A DNA stretch of 63,960 nt, the filler included, from Choristocarpus tenellus KU-1152 (taxonomy: Eukaryota > Protista > Phaeophyceae): NCBI GenBank assembly GCA_964200185.2. It is 12 parts of 12 records of this genome, joined end to end, with 100 filler letters (N's around TTAATTAATTAA, not from the genome) between each part and the next. Parts side by side here need not be neighbours in the genome. Positions count along the whole stretch, not along the records: positions 1 to 10,283 come from CAXNAD020003017.1; positions 10,384 to 14,064 come from CAXNAD020018549.1; 10 more parts are not named here. One strand, given 5' to 3'. The translations under genes were made by a program, and so were the position numbers. Shown piece by piece: positions 1 through 13,070 of the stretch (the stretch's first letter is position 1; every line of letters starts with the position of its first letter). The notes below the pieces were generated by a model. It was not told where the DNA came from and did not search any database. It worked only from the letters and a program-made list of their open reading frames with translations.

Positions 1-70
1 TGATTGTTCCATTACTCCATACATATTTTACCGTAACTGTCCGATAGAGTTGGAAGAGTCTAATCGAAAA
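1..70 (-). mobile_element. Start of a Copia-family LTR (5' LTR or solo LTR, cut by window edge)
   Basis: Reverse complement (ttttcgattagactcttccaactctatcggacagttacggtaaa...) matches the start of the LTR at 28140 (tgttcgattagactcttccaactctatcaaacagttgcggtaaa...). No polypurine tract precedes it. Confidence 0.8.
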
Positions 71-317
71 AGAATGCTTCGGTTGTCCTGGTGGAGGGGA
101 AGAACGCATGAACAGTCAGGACTTCACACCTTGTGAGTATCAATCGTGGGTGCCATGTTAGACCTAAGTGAAGCGTTGTGGTGATGTGTTTGTCCATTAT
201 GACCAAGGTGAACTCCAAGGGGGAAAATAGGTGGGTATGGGAATAGTGGTCAAGCGGTTTTGGAGGTGTTGGTGGGATCTGGGGGGCGTTTGTTGATATC
301 TACTTTGGGGTATGATA

Positions 318-1809
318 CTCCCTCTGCCCCGTAGGTCTGGGCCGTCGAGTTGTTGCTCTTCGGGATGACCTCCAATTACAAAAAGGGATCTTTGAGTTGG
401 ATTCCTTGGAATATTTTACATAAAAAAACTACGTCTCGTCTTTTTTCGACAACGTCAACCCACCAATCCAGGGCCGCCACGGAGCCAGCTCGGTCTTCCT
501 CGACTAGTCTAGTCAACCCTGCTCTTCAGAGATGCAAGAAACCCCAAATCATTGATGTTGAGATTCGGTGACTACACTGACTGCGTCACGAGCTTAATGT
601 TCCATCCCTCCTCCATCCATGCTGCATTCAGCTTCTGTACTGCGCTCTTGCCCGTATGCGGGGTCGCACCATCCTGCTGTATGGAGGTCCCTCCTGATTA
701 AAACGACGGTATTTTGTCCTCGATCGCTGGTAACAGATGCTTCGTGTACCACTCCAGGTACCACTCAGTGACAACGGTAACGTCGACCTCGTACTCCTCA
801 CCCTTCGTGTGCTGCACTGTAGTCCATTGCACCTCCTTCATGACGCAAACCTGCCAGATCCTGATCTTGCTGTTGAAATCATGGGATATGGGCGCGAAAC
901 GGCAAAGATGAACATCACTTTGGGGATGTGAATCTTGTGCTGCACCTTTGTCGAGTCCAGCGTTTCCTCCCCTAGGAACATGCACACCTCCTCTCATTTG
1001 CGGATGAGGCAAGACCACACCTTGTTGATGTGAATGGTGTTGAAGTCAGTCCTGTAGGTCTTGCGGTTGGGAGAGATCTGGTTAAGGATGAAGTCCACCC
1101 TGTTCTTGAGAAAAAACGAAAGGTTAGGGGTGACACACCGCTGAACCCTCTTTGCCCCCATGACTTCGAGCCAGCAATGAAGCTTTGAGCTGCCGACTGT
1201 GAGGTCCGCTTCGACAAGCTTGGTGGAAAGTTGGTTGATAATCAGCGTGCGATTACTGGCATTGATTTCCCTGATTTTTGTTTCATGGGCATAAAGTCTG
1301 ACGGCCATCCAGATCGTGCTTGTGATTTCAGCGGGATTTTATTCCCCCTGTCTAACTGTTCTTTGACCCATGCCCACACCTGTCTAGGGTATCTCTCTCT
1401 CAGACTCTTTCACCAACTTAGACCCCACACCCCTCGGGAGCCTCTTGTGACCCTTAGGAAGAGCCAATGCATAACGCAGAGCAAGTGTGGTCTGTCCTTC
1501 CTCGGTCAGCTCGCAATTCTTTCCCCGAGATGGTAGGCTTCGTGCCGTGGACCACGGCTGTGGGGGCTCGCCATGAGGGTTGTGAGAGTGTTGCATGGTC
1601 CAGGCTGCAGCATGAACATTCAAAAGTGATAAGGCTAGGCCCCATTCTTTGTTCCATTCTTTCGAAACCATTTCAGGACATATTTCTTCGTAGAATTCTT
1701 TAAAATTAACTATTAATGTAAAATATCGCAACGCAAAAGCACGTTTTGTTTTCGGAGGGCACCCCGGAATGCTACAGCTCAACTGCCCAGACCTATGGGA
1801 CAGAGGGAG
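318..1809 (-). mobile_element. Full-length, decayed Tc1/mariner element of the plant-mariner (DD39D/Stowaway-TIR) type
   Basis: TA at 316-317 and 1810-1811 flanks TIRs of at least 39 bp: ctccctctgccccgtaggtctgggccgtcgagttgttgc versus revcomp ctccctctgtcccataggtctgggcagttgagctgtagc. CTCCCTC after TA is the Stowaway/plant-mariner terminus. Confidence 0.9.
400..1540 (-). pseudogene. Mariner (DD39D-like) transposase pseudogene
   Basis: Across frames on the minus strand: IHINKVW (cf. VHIDEKWF), HKIHIPKVMF...SRP, FNSKIRIW (cf. FDGKIGIW), IQQDGATPH and SP-NLNINDLGF (cf. SPDLNVLDLGF). Several frameshifts and stops. Boundaries are approximate. Confidence 0.85.
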
Positions 1810-2549
1810 TATAGAGTAAACAATGGACATAGTGGACTACAAGTTTTTTGAGGACTGAAACAAGTCTTTTTGTCCCTGAACGACGATCTTTTCGGAAAGA
1901 TGATAATCGTGTTGATTTATATCATTAATATATTGCTAACTGACCATTCGGCATCTAGAAGAACTTTAATCACATGAGAGCCAACAGTTGTATATTTGTG
2001 TTTTAACTTGAATCATGAATGGTGTATACATCTGTCCACTTCCAGTCTACCCACCTTCCTCGTTCCGGCATCAAGTCCCTCCTGAGCCGCCAGACACCAC
2101 AACAACTGCAAGCAAGCACTGCATGCGTAGGCGTGGAAAATAGTCGCCGTAGCTTTCCCAAACATGTCTATGTTAGGTCTTACGCAATGTGGTGGTGTGT
2201 TCGTCTATTCTGTCCATGGAGAATCCTGACAGGTGTAAAAAATACTGAATATGAGAATAGTGGCCAGCCTCTATGGAAATATTTTCTAATCTGACACATC
2301 TAAGATGGGAACAACAATCAAATTAGTGGACGAAGAGGTTTTAGAAGAACTGGAACGCATATTTTTCTCCCTGGACGTCATATTTTGGGAAAGACGATAA
2401 TTGTATTGATATTTATAGCATTGTTTATTTCTTGGAATGGGAACACAATGTTTTGTTGACTGTTTAGTACCCAGAAGAATATTGATCACATGTCCCCACA
2501 AGTAATGTTCATTGTTTTTGGGTGTTTAAGTGTTTAAATGAAACTTGAA

Positions 2550-2756
2550 GTCTCAACTTATTTGGGGGGGGGGTGGCGGCTGTCCATCTGGGGTCAATTT
2601 TTTCAAGGCGCGATTTTTGGGTGATTTCGTTGTATACGTCTGATGGATAATGTAAGTGCACTTTTATGGATAATGTAAACGCACTTTTCCAGATTTTGGC
2701 CAGATGGACACCCTGGTGTAGACCCCACACCCCCCCCCCCAGAGAACTGTTGGGTC
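2550..2756 (+). mobile_element. MITE family A copy (degenerate ends)
   Basis: Same internal sequence as 17883..18058 (ggcggctgtccat...gtgattt..ttg.atacgtc...gataatgtaagtgcactttt...atggacaccctggtgtagacccc). Has an internal ~23-bp tandem duplication. Confidence 0.85.
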
Positions 2757-2779
2757 TGAATCAAGATTCATATATTTCA

Positions 2780-3036
2780 GAGTCAAAGTATCTTAGAGGG
2801 TAGAGCCGCATCCATTTGAGGACCAAAATCCAATGTTGCAATTTTCATGTAATTTTGGCTATCATTTTATTACAAGTGTCAATATCCTTGTTTGCAACAG
2901 ATATTTTCATAACATACACATTTTACCTAGTCCGAAACATTTTGAAGTAGGTAAAATACCATTAAAAACCCGTGGGAAGCCAAGCCCCAAATGGACAAAA
3001 AGGGAAAAATTCGTACCCTCTAAGATATTTTCACTC
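2780..3036 (+). mobile_element. MITE family B, complete copy
   Basis: 23-bp TIR gagtcaaagtatcttagagggta ... taccctctaagatattttcactc (2 mismatches). Subterminal tccatttg/caaatgga. The left end recurs at 14030 and 22067. Confidence 0.85.
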
Positions 3037-3514
3037 TCTTTTCAGTTCCAATCTGACCCTCCTTCCCCACTCAAGGCATAAAATCCCTTCTGGCACACCG
3101 CAACAAAGGAGGGGAGAGCAGGTATAGTAGGACAATAGCATAGTGCTCTTTATCAGGCAAAAAACACCAGCAGAGTGCATGCGCACAACACAGCACTAGA
3201 CTCGTTCTCATTTCAGTAAGGTTCTCACCAGTAACAAAGTGCACTATGCATGAGAAAACTCCAAATCTGTTCCATCTCACAAAACAGAACGGGGAAAAAA
3301 ACGATTTCTAGCAAATTTCACTCTGGCTTTCAGTGAGCGATATTGAACTGAAACGATCCTGTGATACATGTTACACCATTATAAAACTGAAACACTGCTA
3401 CTTATGGGCACGCAGGCAGCATGACAAAATGCAAAATCTTCGGTGGCATTTGGAGCTTGACCTGTTAACTGCAATTTCATATTGTAGCAGAGAATGATAT
3501 CTTGTTCATTCCCC

Positions 3515-3763
3515 TTCATTATGAACGAGAGGCACCTGGGGTTGCATTTTAAAGATGCTGACCAAAGAGCAAAATCAAGTTTTTGTGTACAACTGTTTAC
3601 AGAGACTTTCTTCGTCCTGTCGAAAATTTTCAAATAGAGAAATCAATGATCTCCAGTCAATGGTAGCGCTTCATCACTAGAAATAAGGATGAACTGTAAA
3701 ACATGAAAAAGTGGTTTAAGATGCAAAACGGCAAAACCTGGGCACCTCCGCTTGTTTTGGTCC
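3515..3763 (+). mobile_element. MITE family C copy (degenerate)
   Basis: aacgagaggcacctggggttgcattttaaagatgc ... gaactgtaaaa...caaaacctgggcacctc aligns with 4449..4676. Confidence 0.65.
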
Positions 3764-4448
3764 TCTTCATGAGCGATCACCCTTCACATACCACCAACAC
3801 CAGCAGTTGATGGTCATATTTCCAAAATCTCAAGATGATCTTGCTACAGCAACACAGTATCTGTCAATTTGTAGTATGTTAACTCCATGATCATTATCTG
3901 TCGTTGCTGCTAGCAGCAGCAGTAGTAGTAGTAGTACTGTTCCAGTTGTTGGCGGAACCTCTCCTTTCATCCACCAATCACTGTTACCATTCGTTCTTTC
4001 ACTACCACCAGTGCTCCTACTTTTAATGCTACTGCTACATCATGCCAATACTATTATAAGTGAGGACACAGACAACGTACAGGGAGGGAAGCAACAATTA
4101 ACTCACACACAATATCATAGTGCAAGCATGTGAGCACATTCACTTCTCCATCATCATCATAATGTAACATAAGGGATGAGCACACACACCATACCATGCC
4201 AGCATTAGCCTGATTTGGCAGGTTCCTCACCACAAACACAACCCCTTCCCACAGAAAATGTCAATTTTAATTCCACATCAGAGAATTTTATGTCTTCCAA
4301 GTTTGTTTCATCGAAATATTCTATCTGCTTATCTGAAGTTGAGTCTTTGTAAGAAATACGTCAGGTTTGATGTCACACTGTAGCATAGTGCACGTTTCAA
4401 AATGTTGTTGACTATCACTCTGCTTACATACACGTCCTGGGATGCATT

Positions 4449-4676
4449 TAGTCAAAGTAAACAAGAGGAACCTAGAGTTGCACTTTGAGGATGCCGACAT
4501 ACATACAAAATTCGGCTTTAATTACAAATGTATGTAGGGTATTTTCTGAATTGTGTCAGAATTTTTTCAAACAATAGAACTTCATCCATAGAAATATGAG
4601 TGAACTGCAAAAGACTGAAAACATAATTAAAATGATAAAAGGCCAAAACCTGGGTACCTCTTGTTTACTTTGACTC
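4449..4676 (+). mobile_element. MITE family C, complete copy
   Basis: TIR tagtcaaagtaaacaagaggaaccta ... tgggtacctcttgtttactttgactc. Flanks are att/act. Confidence 0.8.
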
Positions 4677-6335
4677 ACTACATTTTTTCATTACACTGTA
4701 GCACTTCACTAGTAACTCCCAAATTAACTTAACTGAAAGATACCTCATGACATTGCACAGCAGACTGCCAAATGCTACAACTGTTACTCACACACTTGAG
4801 CTCTATGAACTATACATTCAGTTTCGAGAGGTAGCACAGATACAATCTAGTACTTCGGAGTATATGAAGGGGTCATGCCAGAGATTTGGGGGAAAATCCT
4901 TTCCGAGCAGCAGAATGCTGTATTCATATGAACCACACACCTATCTAAATGGTTCAAGCTGACTCAGGAAGTCGTAACCAACTCACTCAGATAATCATGG
5001 GAACAGAAGCACGGAACATCAATCACTGTGAACTTACCATTTGCTTTACGTTTTCACATTGAATCATCACAAACACACTTGCGGAAATTCTCTGCAGCAG
5101 CTAGCTACACATAAAAAGACAGATGTACATTGCTCCACCCTACATGATACAAGGAGTTCGCCTTCTTTGTAGGCGTTCGGGGCAGCATTGTGATAAGAGC
5201 TAATGCCGATAGCTTCTGCAAATGGGAGTAAGACGACCAGTGGGAATCTACAGACATGCAGATTAGGTGCAAAAGCAGGTAAGAGAAGTGGATTGAGTGC
5301 AGCGCACATGTTTACGCACATGTTCAGGTTAGGAAGGCGTGCATGATGCCATACACTCAAGAGTAGTAAATAAAAAGTGATATGTTGCATACACACAACG
5401 TGCACTTCTCTTCCACTACTGGGGCTTCACTCTACTCCCTACTGTACCACTTGAGTAAGCAAGCAAGCAAGCAAGCAACTGAACTATTACTAGTGAACTC
5501 TTCTTTGCACAAGGTAAGGGAATTCTCTCTTCTCTCTCTTCCAGTACTCTCTGAACTGCTTCTGTTTTGCACCACTCATTAAGTGCAGGCGAGGAGAAGA
5601 GCAAACAACCTGCACCAACCTTTTTCATACATTCACCCCTCTACCGCGACAGGCGGAAGAGGGGCTGACCTCCAACGATTAGGTCATAGAAGGTGCGACA
5701 TGACAGAGGTAAATCGCAAGCAAGAAATAAAACTGGCAGCAATTCACAACATATTTCAAAAAGTCACATGAAAATCTTGTGTTGTTTGTTGATGTTCTTG
5801 GAACCAGCAGGTCCTTGCACAACCAATTAGCATCCTGGAGAGGAAAAGCAGAGCTACAATAGAAAAAAATCAAACGCTGACTACCTTCCCGCCGTAGTCG
5901 ACTCACCTCATGAGATGGTATCACAATTATGTCACTGCTCGGGGGATGAACACAGCAGCAAGGCAACTAATGATCACATAGCAGTGTTGTATTATTTCCA
6001 TCAATACATCTAGATGCCCAGTTTAGCCCACGAGACAGATACTCACACATCAACATTTTCCAAAAATATATCTAGCAGAGATACAGTGACTGTGATATCT
6101 CAAAAATTACACGTGGCAGGGCATCCATTAGTTGGACAACTGCCTCTACCACAAATAAAATTAAACCTTCAGGCTGCAATACTGAAGGATCTAAAGACTC
6201 TGTAAAATGCAAATGCTGGTTAAGATCCCAGAGCCATGCTTATAAAAAATCCTCTTAGAAATGTACAACCAAAAATGTATCAAGGAGCATTTTGATCAAG
6301 CTATACCAAGAAAGGGGTGAATGGAATCACCACCC

Positions 6336-9289
6336 TCAACCAGGTCTCCAGTACCTAGTCCTCTCTTCAACCGAAATCGCTGCACAGTGTGACCTCATGA
6401 GGAAGACAAGCCGGCCAATATTGCTTGAGAAGGTTCCGACAAAAAGAGCTGCTGCAGCCAGTTGGTGCAAGTCGACGAGGAAGTAGAGAATGCTCAAGTA
6501 GGTCTGGCATGTTTGGGATAAAGAAAGAGACACAAGCAAGAAACAAAGAATAAAAATTGAGGGCTCCTTGTCAGCACAGCTCACATCAGCATGCAACAGG
6601 AGCTCAGCACAAATGATATTAGACACTAATCCCCCCCAAAAACATTTCCTACTCTAACCCTGGAAATCCGGAAAAGTTCAAATACCAGAAATGTCAACCC
6701 CTACGTTTCTATCAATACCCCAAAGAGTCTTACACTCCTTTTTCACACTGTCGTACCTGGCAATGAGTACCTGTGGGTATTTTCTCTAGCTTGGGAAAGT
6801 CCATCATGCCCTCGACACCATCTGATATGTAGACAATGTCTGAGGCTGACTCAAAGTACAGAGGTGCCAGTTCTCTGACCTCCTCCACAACATGCCAGTC
6901 ATCCGACGCCACATATATACCCTTCACTTCACTGGGCCTTGGCATTTGCCTTCCACAGCACTCTGAAGGTTGAAGATCAGGTGCTTCAATGCCCGCGGTT
7001 GCATTGAGGTAATCAAATGCCATTTGAAGATATACCTTAGTTTCAGTTTTCAGCGCCTCGTGCTGCTTTACTTTATCCCCCCGACGAATGTGTAACGCAA
7101 CAACAGGACCCTCACGTATACCACGGGGCATGCCATCAAGGATTGCCTGGGTATCTTCTATCACCCAGGGTTGCAGATGATTCCACAAGTGTGAAACGAG
7201 TGCCTGCGAGTGTAGTTACGTTTGGAGATAGCAGGCACAAATCATTGCAATAGAGCTAAATTAGGCAAGCCGTTTCTGATTAACAAGCAAGCCTTGAGCA
7301 ACGAATTGCAAATGCTGCCTTGACTGCACTACAAGTCCACCACAAGATGACTTCAAGGGCAAGACCGCTAAATTTAAATTGTAGGTGCATCTGTCACAAG
7401 AGCACCTGACAAAAAAAAGCCCGATGACACAGAGTAGCAAGTTTAACCCTGTAGAGCACCTCAGGAACCCAGAAACCCAACTCAAGGGTCTTGATCACAT
7501 TGTTGAGAACATTGCACTACGAAATATGAAGTGCCCTTTGATCAGAGTAATCATTGTGTGCGCACAAAAATGGTACGACTTTGACGCCTCTAGCATCCCA
7601 CAAAGTTTCCATCAAGGGTCGCAGCTGCACCAGGTTACTCTTCTCACTTACCTCACGAGCTTCGATCTCACCAGGCTCAACACGTTCCTCCCAGGGGATG
7701 GCAGCCCTCTCCTCACTGACAGGGTAGAACCTCTCTGGTTTGTACACCTCCTCCAAACGCATGGCAGGGGCTCCCTTCTCCTTCAGGAAGCTCACATACT
7801 CCTTGGTCGTTAGGAAGAGATAACATCAGCACCACCACATACTTGTAGGATTTCACTGAAAAAGGTTGAATATGTAAGGGGAAAGTGACAGAAACTGGAG
7901 TGTACTTCTTTCTCACAGGCACCATCTCCAAGGTTATGGTTTGCTTGTCCAAACATGAGAATTTACGATCAGTGTTGACATCGAACAATTTTCAAATTCT
8001 AACCAAATCATGTAGGGACTGAGGTTGGCAGTATATAAAGCAGAATGGACAGGTACACACTAGATTGATGCTAGAAAGAGGAAGAGCCATAAGCACTGGC
8101 CGCACAGACTGAGTACACAAAGCTGGTGACACAATGGCTAGACTTACAAAGTTTAAGCAACTAACAGTCCTTCCACTATATGCACACATGTGCATGCACA
8201 TGCATCTTACCTCAAAGGTGAGGAACATACACAAGTGGGCTGTTGGCTTGAAGAAACATCGCAGTCCAGAAGGATTCACCATTGACTCGCTAGACCTGTT
8301 GCCGATATATTGCACTACTGAACCCATGGTATCCTGATCAACCCTCTCAATCCTCCTTTTGCAAGAAATGAGGTTGAGCTTCTTTCCCTCAATGACGGCC
8401 ATGTTCTCCAGCCCTGCAGACACTGCACCATTCACCCAGTTGGTCAGCATCACTGTTGGGCAGGCGTATGATGCAGGAGCGGGGCATGAGTGATAGTGAG
8501 TTGTCCAGAAAACATTTCTACATCCTGCTGTCCACGCTCAGTTGTGATCTTACACACCTCGGAAATATAACTTGTGGTCAAGTGCAATGTGTTACATAAG
8601 AGTACCCACTCTCCCTACCATTTCCTATCATTAGAGTCGCGATCACATCTTAACCAGCAAAACTTGAACAGCTCAGTGTGTTGAGCTAAGCAGTTGATCG
8701 GGAAACGCACCAAACATGGTTGTTTTGCTCTCAATTGTGTCATAGCTGTGTCACATCCTTAACAGCTGCTATAGAGGAGTCATGTCAACATGTCCTTACT
8801 ATTAGATGTTGCAGTGAGAATTCAACATTGCAGGTGCTACTTGAAAATAGAGCAAATATCACGAGTGTGATCATCATCATGAACTGTGCTATCATTTGAC
8901 CGGGAATACTGGCCTCTTGATAACAAATGTAGCAAACACTACTACTTAGAGCAATTGCTTAGAGTTACACTTTGGATCGGCCAAAATGTATCCAACGTTC
9001 GGCAATTGAACCACCCCTGTGTTCCAATATCTCGTGATCTTCTCTTACCATTAATTTCGCTCCCAAAACCGTAGCCCCTCCATGGATGGAACCCCGTCCT
9101 CCAGCTGTTGCAACCTGCGGCCCCTGCCGTGAATTTTTTCATGTACGTGGCAGAGAATGTGTATGCCCCCGACCCGCCCACAATGGACTGATTGCGGAGG
9201 CCAGATTCTGATCCTTGAGAGAAACTGTGTCCATAAGATTTTGCGGCAAGGAATCCCCCGCAACAAAAAAGAACACAGTGCAGCCAATT
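6336..9289 (-). CDS. GT23/FUT8-like (alpha-1,6-type) fucosyltransferase. Exons 9289-9049, 8452-8211, 7801-7652, 7203-6757, 6503-6336; possible start ATG|GTAAGC at 9578-9576
   Basis: All junctions are GT-AG and phase-consistent (about 415 codons). Motifs GYGFGSEIN, ALHIRRGDK (GDP-fucose-binding motif I), IYVASDD (motif II) and DLHQLAAAALFVGTFSSNIGRL (motif III). Hydrophobic N-terminal segment WLHCVLFCCGGFLAA. Confidence 0.85.
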
Positions 9290-10025
9290 CTGCAACAAAT
9301 GAACGAATGGGCGGCTGACCTCATAAATCAATTCTTCAACCGTGAGCATAAGCGTGATGGAGTGAACATATCAGGGCAAAATTGTTCGAAAGCACAGTAC
9401 TGTTTGCTTAAGGATCTACATCCCGTTGCTGACTACAAGCAAATTATTGTCCATCCGATACGCACATCCGTGCATGGAATTACGACAAAACACTAATCAA
9501 GACCACATCATTGGCGAATGGTAAGGGATCAGGAAAAATAGAATCATGCGAAATATATGAAGGGTTATCGCTTACCATACACTCAGCAGAAGGATGACCC
9601 AATTGTACGTGAGCAGGTGTAGGTAATAGATTACCACTGCCTGAAGGCTGAACACAACCAGATCAATTACGCGTAATGTCAACAAGAAAGGACAGTAGAT
9701 TAGTACCGAAGTCCCTGTTTGGAGTTTGAACTTCGGTTTCCGAGGAAGATATGAGTATCGGCTAAAATTGAGAGAAGTCGAAGTAAGGATCGGTGCATAG
9801 TCCCTACAACATCATGAAGAGGTAGAGGCAAACTGCAGAACGTACTAGATGACCATACATAAATCATTTCTAGAAACATACAAAAGATGGGGGTACCACA
9901 CAACTGTTTTTCTTTGTAAATAGTCTAACGAGGGTATAGATGGATATTTTTAGACTGAAGAAGGTACAAGAAATAAAATTGTTTGCAGTTTAAGTTACTC
10001 GAGTATACACCAACCAATGTATATA

Positions 10026-10283
10026 CAGTAGGTTACCCTATTTTGGGCCAAATATTATGAACCAAATCGAAAAATATGCAATTTTGTATCTCTTTTTTCG
10101 ACATGCCCAAAAAATAGGATTTTGTACCGGAATTCTCGTATTCTGGCGATTTGACACAAAATCCCATAGATATTCACGCGAGTGGCGCACGGGAAAAAAA
10201 TGTCGCGAAAAGTGCCTTTCTTCCTGGGTCATGCTACCATACAGCAGTACAATACGTTGCTGGTAGGGGAATAAAGTGGAAGC
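10026..10283 (+). mobile_element. End of a TA-CAGT (Tc1/mariner/pogo-like) DNA element, truncated by contig end
   Basis: TA|CAGTAGGTTACCCTATTTTGGGCC...; the whole ~260 bp is the reverse complement of 22281..22546, which ends ...ACTG|TA. Confidence 0.75.
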
Positions 10284-10383
10284 NNNNNNNNNNNNNNNNN
10301 NNNNNNNNNNNNNNNNNNNNNNNNNNNTTAATTAATTAANNNNNNNNNNNNNNNNNNNNNNNNNNNNNNNNNNNNNNNNNNNN
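10284..10383. other. Artificial contig linker
   Basis: N44-TTAATTAATTAA-N44 (stops in all six frames). Identical linkers at 14065, 17770, 22138, 29217, 33104, 37780, 46055, 50726, 55715 and 60233, each 100 bp. Confidence 0.98.
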
Positions 10384-10474
10384 GGATGGGTAGTGGAATT
10401 TCTCTTTTCCTGTTTTTGGTCCAAATGGGCCCCCTTTTTTTTCCCCCCCCCCCCCCCCCCAGATACTTTGGGTC
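10384..10474 (+). mobile_element. MITE family A right end
   Basis: ttggtccaaatgg...(c)n agatactttgggtc terminus identical to those ending at 18058 and 18930. Confidence 0.8.
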
Positions 10475-13070
10475 ATATACTTATTGAGAGTGCAATAATT
10501 GAAGCACACCCTCATCCTCACCATCCCCATTCTGATCTCCAGTACCACAGATTCCATGGAGAAGGTACTGTCCACACCCAATGTTTATGCCCAGTGAAGT
10601 TCAGCATTCCAGGCATGATGATAGGAAGTGAGACAGTGATGTTTTGCATTGCACCAATGAGACGCATATACCACAAAACCCTTACCCAACTTGGTCTTGG
10701 CAATGATTTCTAGGTGGATCCAGCAGCAGAAAAAGTCGCCAAACCGTGTGAGAATATCCTAGATATGGAGTGATAATCTTATTTATCTTATTTATGTATG
10801 GAGAGGGTCTTGCAAATCTCGCTTTTGGATACTGCGCTCCTGTTCCCTCTAGTACATGGGCATGCCAACATGTAATACAGGTCAGTCATACCTTAAGCCA
10901 CGAAGATATTGCTGAAGAGTTGAAACTTGTTCGCTTCCGACCTGAAGCATTGCATTTGGCTATCTGTCCTGTTTCTTTTTTCCCAATCTCTATCAAATTC
11001 TCCATCTTTTCCTTGTAGCATGTGTTCTTCGCCAAATTCTCTGAGGAGGCATGCCGTCTCCAATGCACCAAGTTTTTGCAATCCTCGGGTTGAGGATTAA
11101 TCGGTCTTATCCAACATTTAAGCAAGTTCTTTGGGTTGTTGAGTTGCATCCCGTGCACCAGAAACTGAGACATATAAGATGTATATATATACATACATGC
11201 ATACATACATATATGCATACATATATACATACATGTAAGGCAAGGGGGAGGGACCACAGGGAAATTTACACTCTCAGAGGTGTTTGGTATGCGTAGGTAC
11301 AGAGGTACCTCGAGTACCTAATTTGGTGCTGTTCTAGGTGCCAAGAAGACAGATAGATACGACGCACGGACTGAGGTTTCTTGAGTGTGATCAACTCAAC
11401 TTCCTCTGCAAGTCTTGATGGCTTCATGTAGACACTTTTACAGAATGATGCAGCTTCAACGGTGGTGACACACTCTCACTTGTGTGGCATCTAAACGAAC
11501 TACGGCTATTCCTTATGGAGACTGAAACTCGTAAATTTACACTATCTCGAGCAGGGAGAAAGTTGATCTTGCCCTAGGGCCTACATCATCTGTTTCCCGA
11601 GGGTAGTATGAGAAAGACTGTGACAAGCCAGTAGTTTTAGCTATCCCTTCGCTGCCTAAAAGTTGGGCGACTTCTCCAGAAAAAGTGGATGGATGCCGGT
11701 CTCTTCTGAGTTTATTCTTGAGAATGGCAAGATCCCTGGTGATCAGACTTCTTTCGAAACTATATCGCTGGCCTTGCCTTGAGGTGTTCTCGACTTTCCG
11801 GTGTGAACAGTCCAGTTTCCATAGATGCAACGGGCTCGGCTCGCTTCAGGTGCACCTGGGTCCAGCATAGATGAGGGGTCTCGACAGCTTCAAGACCAAG
11901 GTTTTGTGGTGGATGTGTATTTGCAATCCGTGACGCAAGGGAAGGGGGGTTCGGGGCTTGGGTGGCCGCACGGTCACCTCGTGCTCCTCCCATACTTATT
12001 TGAAAGAATATACTATAGCAATATCATTAGGTGGACAGTGATTAAATTCCCCTTTGGTCTTTCCTCCAACAAAATCCCCAACGACGACAACAGCCAATGG
12101 CACAGGTGCAAGGTACCAGGGTATCAAGGTATACGTTGGGGAGCAACAAGTAAGATCCTAGATGCCTCTTACTCAACCCAACTCAACTTGCGTGTGAGGA
12201 ATGTACAGATATAAAACGTCTGTTTCATGCATACTCTGCTGTTACCTGACTAGATGAGATGATTGATTGATTGATTATCTATCATACATTGTTGAATTAT
12301 GTTGTTCACTAATCCCAGAAAGAGAAAACAATAGGTAGATCTTGTGAAGGAGAAGGAAGAAATATACAGGAGCATGCTCGAACCAGTCGTCAGAAAGTTA
12401 ATGCAAAAAAGAGGGAAAGAAGAGATAGGACCTGTGTCGCCACCCACCAGAAAGGCAGATCCATCACTCGAGTCCCCTCCCCCTATCTAAAGAAAAAAAA
12501 GAGAAGCTCAGCAGAGAATATCACACGTGGTTGGCGGTCAACACCACTTTCCCCCGAGGGGTTGTCACTGCTTCGACCTCACCTATATGCCAAGCATCAA
12601 CGAAGTATTTAGCTCCAACCTCCGCACATACGTCCATGGTACCTTTTTGAGTTTTCTACAACATAGACCCACCACCGATCAGATATGATGTCGAAAGCGT
12701 AAGAGTCGTCTTGGAGGCGCCACCAAAAGTTTTTCTCTGGGCCTCAATACACTCATGGCCACCAGTGCTCTCTCTAAGACGTTGATTTGTCCATGAGTTT
12801 CAGTTGGTGAAACCCGATAAAGTGCTGTAGGAATTGGGGGTGTTCGTCAAGGAACTACTGAGGGTAGTGGTCCTTTATTAGTGTGGCCAAGTCATCATGT
12901 ATATATATAGCAGACTTTAGACTACTTCAGCTTCAAGCATCCGAATCTTTCGCTCCCCCTCCCCTTCATTATGAAGCATCGACTTGTTTCCATCTGTTTC
13001 ACACATCGTTACTATTATTTTCATTAGCATTATTATTGTTACAGTGTTGGCAGTCGCCTCTAGGATGAGA

